A DNA stretch of 64,000 nt from an uncultured Methanosarcinales archaeon (GTDB taxonomy: Archaea > Nanobdellota > Nanobdellia > Woesearchaeales > GW2011-AR4), in contig CAZPFO010000002.1 in NCBI GenBank assembly GCA_964585935.1, forward strand, positions 7,465 through 71,464, given 5' to 3'. A program made the translations under genes and the position numbers. Numbering within the stretch: the first letter of the stretch is position 1; each line of letters begins with the position of its first letter. This document shows positions 28,793-38,816 of this stretch, piece by piece. The notes under the pieces are model-generated. The model did not search any database. It saw only the letters and a program-made list of their open reading frames with translations, and was not told the origin of the DNA.

Positions 28793-29917
28793 ATGAACCA
28801 TAAAGCTCAGGCAGCATTGGAATTTGTTACTACCTACGGCTGGGCAATAATAATTGTGCTGGTAATGGTGAGTGCTATGGCTTACTTCGGGGTTTTTGAT
28901 TTGTTTAAATTCACACCAGATGTGTGCACTTTTGGCTCTAAATTGGACTGCAAGAGCTCCAGCTTGGTTAGTGATGGGATGAAGCTAAGGCTAATGAACA
29001 ATCTGGGAGAGAATGTTGTGATTAACAATGTGATTGTATCAAGCAAAGGAACTGAGCTAGACTGTACTTCTCCTATGGCTGGAGAGTCATGGTCCAAAAA
29101 AACCATAAAAAACATCGATGTTAGATGTGATTTTAGCAGCTTAGGGTTTGTGGAAGGGGATAAGAAGAAGCTGGAGCTGAAAATCAACTATACAGGGGCT
29201 TTTAACCGCATTGTTGAAGGTGAGATATCTGCAGTAGTTCAGAGCGGAGAGATTGGTTTAAGCGATATTGAGTACTTGAAAAGTATGGATGGCTTGATTT
29301 CATGGTATAGAATGAATGATGATCCTAGCGATGGAATTGATGATGAGATGAATAGAAATCCTGGAACTTGTACAAATTGTCCAGCATTAACAACAGATAA
29401 TTGGGGGAATGCAAATCAGGCTTATGAATTTGACGGTATTAATGATGAAATTAATCTTGGAAATAATCCTTCTATTGCAAATCTAAATGCTAATATAACT
29501 ATCTTAGCTTGGATTAATTTTACAAATACTCCTACAATTAGCGATACAATCATTGGTAAGCCAAATTGGAATTGGCACTTCCAACTTGTGAGCAATAACA
29601 AAATAACTTTTAGGAGATGGAATCCTTATATGAGTACTAGTAGTAATATGGCTTTAATACAAAATAAATGGCATCATATTAGTACAACACTTTCTTCTAA
29701 CCCAATTAATAACAACAAAATGTATATTGATGGAACACTTGATAATACAGGCACAATCACAACACCTTTAGGAGGTACTGGCGGCATCACAGAGATATCT
29801 GGGTATGTTCAAAGCGACATAGATTGGTTTGATGGCTTAATAGACGAAGTAATGATATTTAACAGAAGCTTAACAGCTTCGGAGATAGATACAATCTATG
29901 GATTGGATTTGAGTTAA
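28793..29917 (+). CDS. type IV pilin-like protein with C-terminal LamG (concanavalin-like lectin) domain
   Basis: MNHKAQAALEFVTTYGWAIIIVLVMVSAMAYFGVF class-III signal (cleavage predicted after KA, mature QAALEF.. with Glu+5). C-terminal region AYEFDGINDEINLG...WHHISTT...MYIDGTL...FDGLIDEVMIFNRSLTASEI matches LamG_3-type motifs. Confidence 0.7.
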   Translation: MNHKAQAALEFVTTYGWAIIIVLVMVSAMAYFGVFDLFKFTPDVCTFGSKLDCKSSSLVSDGMKLRLMNNLGENVVINNVIVSSKGTELDCTSPMAGESWSKKTIKNIDVRCDFSSLGFVEGDKKKLELKINYTGAFNRIVEGEISAVVQSGEIGLSDIEYLKSMDGLISWYRMNDDPSDGIDDEMNRNPGTCTNCPALTTDNWGNANQAYEFDGINDEINLGNNPSIANLNANITILAWINFTNTPTISDTIIGKPNWNWHFQLVSNNKITFRRWNPYMSTSSNMALIQNKWHHISTTLSSNPINNNKMYIDGTLDNTGTITTPLGGTGGITEISGYVQSDIDWFDGLIDEVMIFNRSLTASEIDTIYGLDLS

Positions 29918-30125
29918 GCTTATTATTAAAATTTAACCAATAAAAATTAAACCAAAATCAAAAAAAGAAACCATTAAAAAGTTTAATAATAAAAAATAAA
30001 ACAAAAAATCAATAAAAAGAACTAGAAAAAAATAAAACAGAAAAAAAGATAAGCTATTCAAAGGTTAATTGGCCAGCAGGGAAAATTTAAGTTGGTCAGA
30101 ACTTGCCGGCAATATTCAAGTCAAG

Positions 30126-30680
30126 ATGATTAAAATCGGTCAAAAAAGAAGATGGGGGGCAAACAAAAGGGGTTATTTTTTTGTTTTGGATGCTTTGCTT
30201 GCCCTTGGGGTCCTGGTTATGGGAGTTAGCCTTCTCCTAGCTGCTTATACGAGAACGCCGGAAAAAGGGCAGACAACAAATCTGGCAGAAGATGTACTGG
30301 ACTTTTTTGCAAAAACAAAAATAGAGGATTTCAACAACCCTTATTTTGGGCCTTCAGGCACTTTGGTGCGGGAAGGGTATATCAAGGATGAAAAAAAGAC
30401 ACTGCTGCAGCAACTAGGGGAGTTCTATGTTAATGGTGACCTTGATACTGCGGAAAAACTAATAACAAACGTGACTGAAAATCTAATCCAGGTCCAGTAC
30501 AAATATGAATTTTCGATTGAAGGTATAAGAGTATACCCTCAAAGCCCTTCTCAGGAGTTTTTAACATCAAAAAACAATGCAAAAGTTTTGTTTCCATCAA
30601 AAAAATTCAGTTTTGGGACAATAAACAATACCCTGGATTTATTTGGACCTTATGAGGTAGAGGTTTTAGTATGGCAGTAA
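30126..30680 (+). CDS. pilin/pseudopilin-like protein
   Basis: From ATG 30126: MIKIGQKRRWGANKRGYFFVLDALLALGVLVMGVSLLLAAY. A basic stretch is followed by a hydrophobic helix with an acidic residue near +5/+6. Confidence 0.45.
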   Translation: MIKIGQKRRWGANKRGYFFVLDALLALGVLVMGVSLLLAAYTRTPEKGQTTNLAEDVLDFFAKTKIEDFNNPYFGPSGTLVREGYIKDEKKTLLQQLGEFYVNGDLDTAEKLITNVTENLIQVQYKYEFSIEGIRVYPQSPSQEFLTSKNNAKVLFPSKKFSFGTINNTLDLFGPYEVEVLVWQ

Positions 30681-31654
30681 GACATAATAAAAAAGGAGTA
30701 TTTTTTACCTTCATAGCTATCCTTCTGGTAATGGTTCTTATGATGGTCTTTAATCCACAAACAGAGACGAGCTTTGATAAAGATTTTCCAAGCTTAAAAA
30801 CAAGAGTATCAAAAATTGACAATTTTATAACAGAGTTTGAAGCAGTATATCTTGAAAGAATATTGCAGAGTGCAACATATAAGGCCCTAATATCATTAAC
30901 TTATTATATGGACCAAAGGGATAGTTTTCTCACAGATTTGCAAGGGGATTTTAAGGAGGTTGTATTGTTTGGGACTATAGAAGGAGGCACAAAAATTGAC
31001 GACATTACCGGAGAAGATATCATGAAGAACAGTACGCTTCTGAACTGGACTGACAAAATAAAAGCGATTGCAAAAGACAATCTGAATATAGACATGAACA
31101 TTACAGTAACAGATGTTTCTATTAACCAATCAACACCATGGTTGGTTGATGTAATGCTCAGCCTGGACTATACGGTTTCGTCGGAAACAGCATTCTGGAG
31201 AAGGGAAAATGTCCTGATAAAGACAAAGTTAGGCACAGGCAATCTTTACGATCCTTTGTATTATGTAAACACAGACGGGGTTTATGAAAAGAAAGTTGTG
31301 CAGACTAATATAAGATTAGGGGAATGGAATGCAACAGCCTTAAAACAATTCATAAGAAATGACACATATTTCCGATGGCAGGGCACTAATGCCTCGAGCT
31401 TTTTAATGAGATTCACAAACACCTTTGAACCTTCACAGTGTTGCGGCATTGAATCTGTTGTTAACCCGAATAATATAGCTCCTTCTGACGTGATTGAAAG
31501 CTATGTTGATTATCACTTCTGGAATGATACTTACGAAGACCAGTGTGAAAAACTATACAATATAACGGAAATCTGGGATGAATTTGATGGATTTAAGTTA
31601 GATTTTGATTATACTATAAAATATAATGTAACAGGCGGGGAACGAACCTGTTAA
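30671..31654 (+). CDS. pilin-like protein (large, class-III-like N-terminus)
   Basis: MAVRHNKKGVFFTFIAILLVMVLMMVF... Many N-x-T/S sequons in the body, consistent with an archaeal surface glycoprotein. Confidence 0.45.
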   Translation: MAVRHNKKGVFFTFIAILLVMVLMMVFNPQTETSFDKDFPSLKTRVSKIDNFITEFEAVYLERILQSATYKALISLTYYMDQRDSFLTDLQGDFKEVVLFGTIEGGTKIDDITGEDIMKNSTLLNWTDKIKAIAKDNLNIDMNITVTDVSINQSTPWLVDVMLSLDYTVSSETAFWRRENVLIKTKLGTGNLYDPLYYVNTDGVYEKKVVQTNIRLGEWNATALKQFIRNDTYFRWQGTNASSFLMRFTNTFEPSQCCGIESVVNPNNIAPSDVIESYVDYHFWNDTYEDQCEKLYNITEIWDEFDGFKLDFDYTIKYNVTGGERTC

Positions 31655-31714
31655 ATGATACCACTCTTGAAAAATAACTAAAGTTTTTATATAGATTGCC
31701 TCTTTAGATGAGAC

Positions 31715-32167
31715 ATGGTTACAAAGAGCACTATCCTACAGACCGCGGCAGACCAATTAGTTGATTTTGTCATGAGCAAAGAAAAAGTCACGATAGAAGA
31801 GACAGCAAAAAGATTGAAGATACCCACAAAAACGGTTCAGGCATTGGTTGATTTTTTGGTTGAAGAAAAGGTGCTGGGCATAGAATATAAATTTACAACG
31901 CCTTATATTTATTTAAGCAAAAAAGACTCAAAAGAGCATTCCTTAACAAGAAAAAAAGAAGCGCCGGTTTTGATTTCAAAAGAGGAATTTTATGAAAAAT
32001 CAAAATCAAGAGATATATCCTACCAAAAGATAGGAGGCTTATGGAAAAAATACCTTGAAAAGCAGTTAGGGGGTGTGAGGGAGCAATTTTTTGAAAGAGC
32101 AAAAGAAAAAAAAATACATCCTGAAAAAATAGAAGGGTTATGGCAGAAATACCTCACTTATCTATGA
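31715..32167 (+). CDS. hypothetical protein, possible N-terminal winged-helix, internal KIxGLWxKYL repeat
   Basis: N-terminus IEETAKRLKIPTKTVQALVDFLVEEKVLGIEY is wHTH-like. KIGGLWKKYLEKQL and KIEGLWQKYLTYL are repeated. Confidence 0.35.
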   Translation: MVTKSTILQTAADQLVDFVMSKEKVTIEETAKRLKIPTKTVQALVDFLVEEKVLGIEYKFTTPYIYLSKKDSKEHSLTRKKEAPVLISKEEFYEKSKSRDISYQKIGGLWKKYLEKQLGGVREQFFERAKEKKIHPEKIEGLWQKYLTYL

Positions 32168-32183
32168 GGATAGAGCAACTAAA

Positions 32184-33236
32184 ATGGACATAGACGAATT
32201 TTTGGATAAAGAGGAAGGTTCGCTTACAGGAAAGGAACCTGTAGAAGATAAAAAAACTGCAGAAGAAGGGCAGGAGATAGAAGAGCCTGTTATAGATGAG
32301 GAAGTATCTCCGATAATTGTTAAAGGGTACAAGGGCATTTTGGAAGAGATAAGCAAGTGTATTGAAAAAAATGATTTAATACAGGCAGAAAAGCTTTATT
32401 CTAAGCTTTGGCTTAAAATAACTGAGGATAAATTTACCTGGCAACAAGGAATGTATGATGACTTAATCCATATAAGCAACAGGCTAAAGGGCTCTGTAAA
32501 CAACCTGCAAAGCGAAACAACAGCAAAAATAGACACTATTCGCAGTTTGATAGTGGGTGTGAGGAAGAGCCTGAAAGAAGGGAAAGCTGAATCTGCTTTA
32601 ATTGCTTACTCAGAGATGATAGATGTTTACAACAAGATTCACTCCCAATTCTCTATGGAAAAAAAAGTGATTTATATAAATGAGATATTGCCATTATACT
32701 GGGAACTAAAGGACAGGGTGGAGAAGGTATTCTCCCAGAATTTCAATTTTGAGCTATCCCGCATTAATAATCTTATTCAGTCAACTAAAATAGCATTGCA
32801 AAAACATAAAGTTGAAAAATCAGCACAACTTTACAAAAACTGCTTCGATGGGTATAATGCACTGCCAGGTGGCTTTTTTCTTGAAAAAATAGAATTAGGC
32901 GCTAAGATTCTGGAACTTTACAAAGAGATGACAATTGTTCTTGAAATAGGGGATTTGAAATCCAGACTTAGGCTTGGGATGGGAGATGCTGGCAAAAGAA
33001 AGTATAGCACAAATATTCCTGCAAGGAGTGCAGTAGTACCGGGGAGACCGCCACTGCCTAAAATAGCCGGAGCACCACCTCTGCCAAACAATCTCAAAAG
33101 GTCTATTTCCCCTGAAATGCCAAATGTGGCTGCAGAAAGCGCTTCAAAAAAAAATTTAAAAGGGGAATTGATAAAAAGAAAAATAGGGAGCCTGTTGTCC
33201 AAGCGCAATAAAAGCCACATAAAAGAAGGCAATTAA
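32184..33236 (+). CDS. hypothetical alpha-helical protein with proline-rich C-terminus
   Basis: Acidic N-terminus, a long helical body, and C-terminal PGRPPLPKIAGAPPLP. It sits directly upstream of the secretion ATPase. Confidence 0.35.
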   Translation: MDIDEFLDKEEGSLTGKEPVEDKKTAEEGQEIEEPVIDEEVSPIIVKGYKGILEEISKCIEKNDLIQAEKLYSKLWLKITEDKFTWQQGMYDDLIHISNRLKGSVNNLQSETTAKIDTIRSLIVGVRKSLKEGKAESALIAYSEMIDVYNKIHSQFSMEKKVIYINEILPLYWELKDRVEKVFSQNFNFELSRINNLIQSTKIALQKHKVEKSAQLYKNCFDGYNALPGGFFLEKIELGAKILELYKEMTIVLEIGDLKSRLRLGMGDAGKRKYSTNIPARSAVVPGRPPLPKIAGAPPLPNNLKRSISPEMPNVAAESASKKNLKGELIKRKIGSLLSKRNKSHIKEGN

Positions 33237-33333
33237 GATCTATAGTATAATTTAAGAAGAGTTCGTTATTTTTGATGTTCGAGTTTATACATGCGCTGAG
33301 TGGAGGGCATTCTCAACAAAAAGGGTGTATTGA

Positions 33334-34809
33334 TTGCAGGAAAAAATCATAGAATCTTATGAACTTTTGGTCAATGATATAATTGTAGATGTCGTGATTA
33401 AATATGTCGAGGGGGAGGCTGTGCCCTTATACACTATTTCTATTACAAACATCACTGATACGACTAAAATAGTCCTGGAGAAGATTAGGGAGGAATTTGT
33501 AGCAGAAGAAACAAAAGATCTTGCAGTAGGCCCTGAAGGCCTTATTGTTAAGGATATCCAAGAGCAGTTTAGAAAAAAAATATTAAAACTTTTAAAAAAA
33601 TATTTCCCTAATGCGGATAAAAAAACAATGGATATGCTTGTTAATTATGTCCTGCAGCAGAATATAGGATTGGGCAATATCGAGATATTATTAAAGGACA
33701 TAAACCTTGAGGAGATTGTGATAAACAGCGCTACAGAACCGCTATGGGTTTACCATAGAAGATATGGATGGCTAAAAACAAATGTTAAAGTGCCGAATGA
33801 GGCCAGAATCAGGCACTATTCCTCAATCATTGGAAGGGATGTTGGGAAGGAGATAACAGTCCTGAACCCATTAATGGATGCTCATTTGAAAACAGGAGAC
33901 AGGGTAAATGCAACCTTGCTTCCTATTTCATCAAAAGGCAATACAATAACCATAAGAAAATTTTCAGTAAGGCCCTGGACAATTACTGATTTTATTAAAG
34001 ACAATGTTGTGTCATACGAGGCTGCTGCCTTGCTTTGGATGGCTGTGCAGAACGAGCTGTCAGTTCTAATCACGGGAGGTACAGCTTCTGGTAAAACTTC
34101 TATGCTTAATGTAATCTCAAATTTCTTTCCCCCTAACCAGAGAATTCTCAGCATAGAGGACACAAGAGAGCTTCAATTGCCCAGCATACTGCACTGGGTT
34201 CCTTTGGAAACAAGGCTGCCCAACCCGGAAGGGAAAGGGGGAGTGAGTATGCTTGATTTGATTGTCAACTCATTAAGAATGAGGCCTGACAGAATAATAG
34301 TTGGAGAAATCAGGCGTAAAAGGGAGGCGGAGGTCCTGTTTGAAGCAATGCATACAGGCCATTCTGTGTATGGAACTTTGCATGCGAATAATGCAAGGGA
34401 AACAGTAATAAGGCTTACAACTCCCCCTATTGACCTGCCAAAAGCAATACTTTCTGCATTATCCTTAATTGTTGTTCAAAATCTCAACAGAAGAACAGGG
34501 AAGAGGAGAATGTTGCAGATAGCGGAAGTTTTACCAAATGGCGACCCCAACGTTCTAATGCAGTTAAATGCCCATAAAGGGCGTTTGGAGAAGGTTAATG
34601 AACCCAAGGCCATAATGGAAACCTTAAATCTTTACACAGGCTTTTCAAAAGAGGAAATAAATAAGGATTTAAAAGGAAAGGAAAAGATACTTCATTGGAT
34701 GGTGAGAAAAAACATTAATGATATCAATAAAGTAGGCCTTATTATGTCAAAGTATTATCTCGATAAGCCATTTTTAAAAGAAAAAGGGGTGGAAAAATCG
34801 CAGATATAG
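33334..34809 (+). CDS. type II/IV secretion ATPase (FlaI/ArlI/VirB11/TadA family), pilus assembly ATPase
   Basis: Walker A GGTASGKTS, Walker B/Asp box RPDRIIVGEIR, His box MHTGHSVYGTLHANNA. The track start is TTG at 33334. Confidence 0.85.
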   Translation: MQEKIIESYELLVNDIIVDVVIKYVEGEAVPLYTISITNITDTTKIVLEKIREEFVAEETKDLAVGPEGLIVKDIQEQFRKKILKLLKKYFPNADKKTMDMLVNYVLQQNIGLGNIEILLKDINLEEIVINSATEPLWVYHRRYGWLKTNVKVPNEARIRHYSSIIGRDVGKEITVLNPLMDAHLKTGDRVNATLLPISSKGNTITIRKFSVRPWTITDFIKDNVVSYEAAALLWMAVQNELSVLITGGTASGKTSMLNVISNFFPPNQRILSIEDTRELQLPSILHWVPLETRLPNPEGKGGVSMLDLIVNSLRMRPDRIIVGEIRRKREAEVLFEAMHTGHSVYGTLHANNARETVIRLTTPPIDLPKAILSALSLIVVQNLNRRTGKRRMLQIAEVLPNGDPNVLMQLNAHKGRLEKVNEPKAIMETLNLYTGFSKEEINKDLKGKEKILHWMVRKNINDINKVGLIMSKYYLDKPFLKEKGVEKSQI

Positions 34810-34856
34810 CTCATTGGCTGGCTCATCTGTATCCTAACTTAAAAAAAGACCTTAGG

Positions 34857-35609
34857 ATGGCTCATATAAAAGAAGCCCCAGATGTGTTTATGGGCGGGAA
34901 CCTAAAAAAATCTTTGCTTTTTGCTTTCCTATCCACAGTTCTTTTTTTTTTCTTGCTCGACAAGGCAGGGGCGCCTAAATTTCTGCTTATAGTGGTTTTT
35001 GCAGTTATGTTTTTTGTCTTTTTCAACTTCTCTCTTCTAACTATACAGGGCAAAATAAAGAAGAGGGAAAGGGAGATAAACCAGGAAATCTTATTTGTAG
35101 GCCAGTATTTACTGGTAAAACTATATTCTGGAAAGCCAATCATGAATGCGTTGATGGAGACTGCCCAGAGCAGGGGCATAACAGCCAAATCTATCAAGGA
35201 GATAGTGGATGATATTGACACAGGGTCTCCTGTAGAGGTGGCGCTTGAAAATGCCGCAAACTATTCCCCTTCTGAAAAATTCAGGAAAATCCTCTTCCAG
35301 ATTAATAACGCACTGAAACTAGGCATAGACGTCAGTACCCCCCTGGAATCAGTGATAAGTGAGATAGAAGATGAACAAGAGATAGAAATAAAAAAATACA
35401 GCAAAAAACTCAACAGCATTGTAGTTTTTTATATGCTTGGAGCAATAGTCATCCCGTCTATAGGGATGGTAATGTTTATTGTTTTTGCAAGTTTCATAAA
35501 TTTTGCAATTGACAATGTTGTGTTTTTTGTTGTTTTATTTTTTATCGCGTTAATACAAGTGGTATTTATTTCATTGTTTAAATCAATAAAACCAATGGTG
35601 GAGCTATAG
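34857..35609 (+). CDS. T2SS-F domain membrane protein (FlaJ/TadB-like platform, part 1)
   Basis: TM helices flanking a cytoplasmic helical domain (LFVGQYLLVKLYSGKPIMNALMETAQ...). Confidence 0.55.
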   Translation: MAHIKEAPDVFMGGNLKKSLLFAFLSTVLFFFLLDKAGAPKFLLIVVFAVMFFVFFNFSLLTIQGKIKKREREINQEILFVGQYLLVKLYSGKPIMNALMETAQSRGITAKSIKEIVDDIDTGSPVEVALENAANYSPSEKFRKILFQINNALKLGIDVSTPLESVISEIEDEQEIEIKKYSKKLNSIVVFYMLGAIVIPSIGMVMFIVFASFINFAIDNVVFFVVLFFIALIQVVFISLFKSIKPMVEL

Positions 35610-35619
35610 GTGTTTTTTT

Positions 35620-36651
35620 ATGCCGCTTAAGTTAGTATTTTTAGACGAGTTTGGAAAAGCATTTGTCCCTAAGAAGGCTGTGCCTTATCTTAGGAAATAC
35701 CTGCTAAAAGCGAATATTTCTCCAGTGCCCTACAAATTTTTTGGAGCCTTGTTCTACCTTACAGCCTTGATTACAGCAATAATTTATATATTGTTTATCT
35801 ATCCGTTTTTAACACAATATCCTCCACTGGCCTTGCTCCTACTTTCTTTTTCATCCTGGTTTGTTACTCAATTCTTCTTTGCAGCTTTATTCATCATGCT
35901 TATTTATTTCTACCTTGATTTGAAAATTTACCGCAGGACAAAGCATCTGGAGGAGATGCTTCCTGATTTCCTGCAAGTAGTATCCTCAAATTTAAAGGGG
36001 GGAATGTCTTTTGAGAACTCATTATGGGCTGCAATAAAACCCAGGTTCTCTATCCTGGCAAACGAGATGGCAGAAGTGTCAAAAAAAGTTATGACTGGTT
36101 ACGATGTTGACAAGGCTTTGATAGAGTTATCAGAAAAGTACAACTCCACTACCCTAAAGCGCGCTGTTGACCTTATAATAAGCGAGTTAGAAAGCGGGGG
36201 CAATATAGCAGAATTGATTGATAAGGTTGTCGAAAATATGAAAAGGACTAAAAATTTAAAAGCTGATATGGTTGCATCCGCTACTTCCTATATAATCTTT
36301 ATTGGGGTGATAGTAGTTCTGATAGCTCCATTGCTTTTTTCTCTTTCATATACTTTATTGATTGTTGTGTCTGGCTTTATGTCAAAGATTTCAAGCGCTA
36401 CACAAAATGCCCCCAATATACCATTTTCATTCGGCCAGGTATCGGTTGACCTGGAAAGTTTCAAGATATTCTCATATTTAGCAGTTTCTGTCATCGCGCT
36501 TTTTTCTTCAATGATAGTAGCTATAGTTGAGAAAAATGATATCAGGGGGGGCATTAAATACATACCCATGTTTTTGGCTGGCTCTCTGATTTTTTATACT
36601 ATATTCATGAATGTGCTGTCACTTTTATTTTCGGGTTTAGCTCCCGCTTAA
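35620..36651 (+). CDS. T2SS-F domain membrane protein (FlaJ/TadC-like platform, part 2)
   Basis: LEEMLPDFLQVVSSNLKGGMSFENSLWAAI...ALIELSEKYNSTTLKRAVDLIISELESGGNIAELI is a classic GspF/TadC cytoplasmic domain, flanked by TM helices. Confidence 0.7.
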   Translation: MPLKLVFLDEFGKAFVPKKAVPYLRKYLLKANISPVPYKFFGALFYLTALITAIIYILFIYPFLTQYPPLALLLLSFSSWFVTQFFFAALFIMLIYFYLDLKIYRRTKHLEEMLPDFLQVVSSNLKGGMSFENSLWAAIKPRFSILANEMAEVSKKVMTGYDVDKALIELSEKYNSTTLKRAVDLIISELESGGNIAELIDKVVENMKRTKNLKADMVASATSYIIFIGVIVVLIAPLLFSLSYTLLIVVSGFMSKISSATQNAPNIPFSFGQVSVDLESFKIFSYLAVSVIALFSSMIVAIVEKNDIRGGIKYIPMFLAGSLIFYTIFMNVLSLLFSGLAPA

Positions 36652-36666
36652 ACGAAACATTTAAAT

Positions 36667-36942
36667 ATGATCCAGATAGAGAATAATGTAAAAAGAGGTA
36701 AGAAAAAAATGGAGCACCATCGTCATAAGCTTTTTATGGGGATTACGTCTATAGTTATATTGATTTTAGGCCTGATCTTCGGCGTTTTCTTGGTTTCAAA
36801 TAATAACGGCCTTATCAGCATAGACGGCATAAACTTCGCTTTATTGCTGACTACAATAATACTGCTCCTTATGAACGGGGGCTTGATTTTAGAAATGAGG
36901 GATATTTTAACTGAAAAAACAAAAAAATCCAAACGCAAATGA
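36667..36942 (+). CDS. small hypothetical membrane protein
   Basis: Two TM helices with basic termini. ATGA overlap with the next pilin gene. Confidence 0.35.
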   Translation: MIQIENNVKRGKKKMEHHRHKLFMGITSIVILILGLIFGVFLVSNNNGLISIDGINFALLLTTIILLLMNGGLILEMRDILTEKTKKSKRK

Positions 36943-37442
36943 TATTGACGATTAAAAGCAGGGGTAAAGGCCAGATAGCATTGGAATTCCTGACTACATA
37001 CGGCTGGGCATTTCTGGTCATTATAATAATGATATCTGCTTTGGCTTATTTTGGAATCTTAGACCCGAGCAAATTATTGCCTGACAGGTGCAACTTCGGC
37101 ACTGAGATCGGGTGTGCGGATCATCTGCTTGATGCAAGCGGCGATAATTTCAGGTTGAGATTGAAGAATAATGTTGGCGAGATTATAACAGTTTCCGGTA
37201 TTTCCTTAAGCAGTCAAACAGCTACATCATTTACCTGTAGTTCGTTCGATTCCGGAAATCCTTCAAATTGGAAAAGCGGGAATATAGAAGACCTCTCATG
37301 GAGCGGCTGCACCTGGAGTTCGGCGGGATTCGAGCCCGGCAGCAAAGCCAAAATAGAGGTAAAAATAACATATAACAAGGTCAAAAGTGGAGCAAGCTAC
37401 CCCCATGATGTCCATGGCGAGGTTTTAGCAACAGTAGGCTAA
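36939..37442 (+). CDS. type IV pilin-like protein (class-III signal peptide, QxxLE[FY] type)
   Basis: MILTIKSRGKGQIALEFLTTYGWAFLVIIIMISALAYFGIL: KG then QIALEF with Glu+5. Confidence 0.7.
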   Translation: MILTIKSRGKGQIALEFLTTYGWAFLVIIIMISALAYFGILDPSKLLPDRCNFGTEIGCADHLLDASGDNFRLRLKNNVGEIITVSGISLSSQTATSFTCSSFDSGNPSNWKSGNIEDLSWSGCTWSSAGFEPGSKAKIEVKITYNKVKSGASYPHDVHGEVLATVG

Positions 37443-37624
37443 TTTTACTTTTTCTGTGTTGATAAGGTGAAAAAGGGAAAGAGTTAAATAGAATAAAAGA
37501 AAAAATTAAGATTATCAATAATAAAAATAATCAAGATTTAATAAAATTATTAGTAAGAATTAAACAATAAATAAAAATTATCAATAAGAAATTATCACTA
37601 ATAAAAATAATCAATAAAAAACAA

Positions 37625-37860
37625 ACCAATGAGTGCACAAACAGTGATTCCTTGGTTGTGAGTGTTTATGTGCGGTCGTTTTTTTATTTTAAAATCCTAA
37701 AAAATCAAAGATTTTTGGGACACCAAAAATTCTGAAGGAATTTTTTAGTGTTTTAAAACAATTGAAAAAATAAATAAAAAACGCTGCTGGAAAACGAGCA
37801 AATAATTGTGAATGTGGAACATGAATAATGATTAAATATTTAAATGATAGAAATTGATTA
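37625..37860 (+). repeat. conserved upstream module, copy 1 (blocks A, B, C), preceded by ATCAATAAAAA-type repeats from about 37500
   Basis: Block A CCAATGAGTGCACAAACAGTG..GTTGTGAGTGTTTATGTGCGGTCG plus T-run at 37625-37690. Block B AAAAACGCTGCTGGAAAACGAGCAAATAATTGTGAATGTGGAACATGAATAATG at 37776-37830. Block C ATTTAAATGATAGAAATTGATTAA follows. ATG of the pilin gene is at 37888. Confidence 0.7.
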
Positions 37861-37887
37861 AAATACTGATTAAAAAAGAGGTACAAA

Positions 37888-38370
37888 ATGGGCAATAGAA
37901 AAGCTCAGGCAGCGCTGGAATTTCTTACTACATACGGCTGGGCAATTCTGGTTATATTGATTACGATAAGCGCGCTTTATTACTTCGGAATCTTTGATTT
38001 TACCAAATATCTTCCTCAGGAATGTAATTTCCCGCCGCAATTCAAGTGTATTGACTTTAGCATGATAGATGAAGGAGGAACTCAGGAGATAAGATTCCTG
38101 CTTTTGAATAATATTGGGGAGGAGGTTTATGTAGAGGGATTCGATATAACGAATAATGCAGATCCGCCTCTGGAATGTACAGGGCCAACAAACACTCCTG
38201 AGTGGGTGAGTGGTGAAGAGAAGGATTTTGTATTTACCAACTGCCAATATGGAGTGTTTATAGAGGGAGAAAGAATTGAAGCCAAAATAAATTTTACATA
38301 CTATGCTCCTCTTACGCCTTCTCAACCAAGACATACTGTAAGAGGAAAAATAACAGGCACAGTAGGATGA
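37888..38370 (+). CDS. type IV pilin-like protein (class-III signal peptide)
   Basis: MGNRKAQAALEFLTTYGWAILVILITISALYYFGIF. Confidence 0.75.
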   Translation: MGNRKAQAALEFLTTYGWAILVILITISALYYFGIFDFTKYLPQECNFPPQFKCIDFSMIDEGGTQEIRFLLLNNIGEEVYVEGFDITNNADPPLECTGPTNTPEWVSGEEKDFVFTNCQYGVFIEGERIEAKINFTYYAPLTPSQPRHTVRGKITGTVG

Positions 38371-38816
38371 AAGCACAATCTGCCTTGGAATATCTGATGG
38401 TCGTAGCACTGACGCTAATGATAATTGTACCTACAACTTACTTGTTTTATAGCTATTCAAAACAATCGACAGACCAGCTGATTTATCCCCAGATAAATGG
38501 TATAGGAAGAGAAATTATAAGCACTGCAGAATCGGTTTATTATTCTGGCGAGCATTCAAGAATTGTCATGGACATCAACATGCCTGAGAAAGTCAATGAT
38601 GTTTATATCCTTGACGAGAGGGAGCTTGTTTTTGAGATTGAGGGTGAATCAGGAAACAATGAAATGGTTTTTTTCTCAGATGTCAACATAACCTCTGATT
38701 CAGATTCGTGCACTACAGTAAAATGCTATGTAAATATATCGTCTTCTGGAATAAAAAAAGTAAAGATAGAGTCTATCAACCAAGGCAGAGAGGTTTTGAT
38801 TAATAAAACAGGATGA
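38367..38816 (+). CDS. pilin-like protein (class-III signal peptide)
   Basis: MKAQSALEYLMVVALTLMIIVPTTYLF; ATGA overlap with the upstream pilin. Confidence 0.6.
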   Translation: MKAQSALEYLMVVALTLMIIVPTTYLFYSYSKQSTDQLIYPQINGIGREIISTAESVYYSGEHSRIVMDINMPEKVNDVYILDERELVFEIEGESGNNEMVFFSDVNITSDSDSCTTVKCYVNISSSGIKKVKIESINQGREVLINKTG

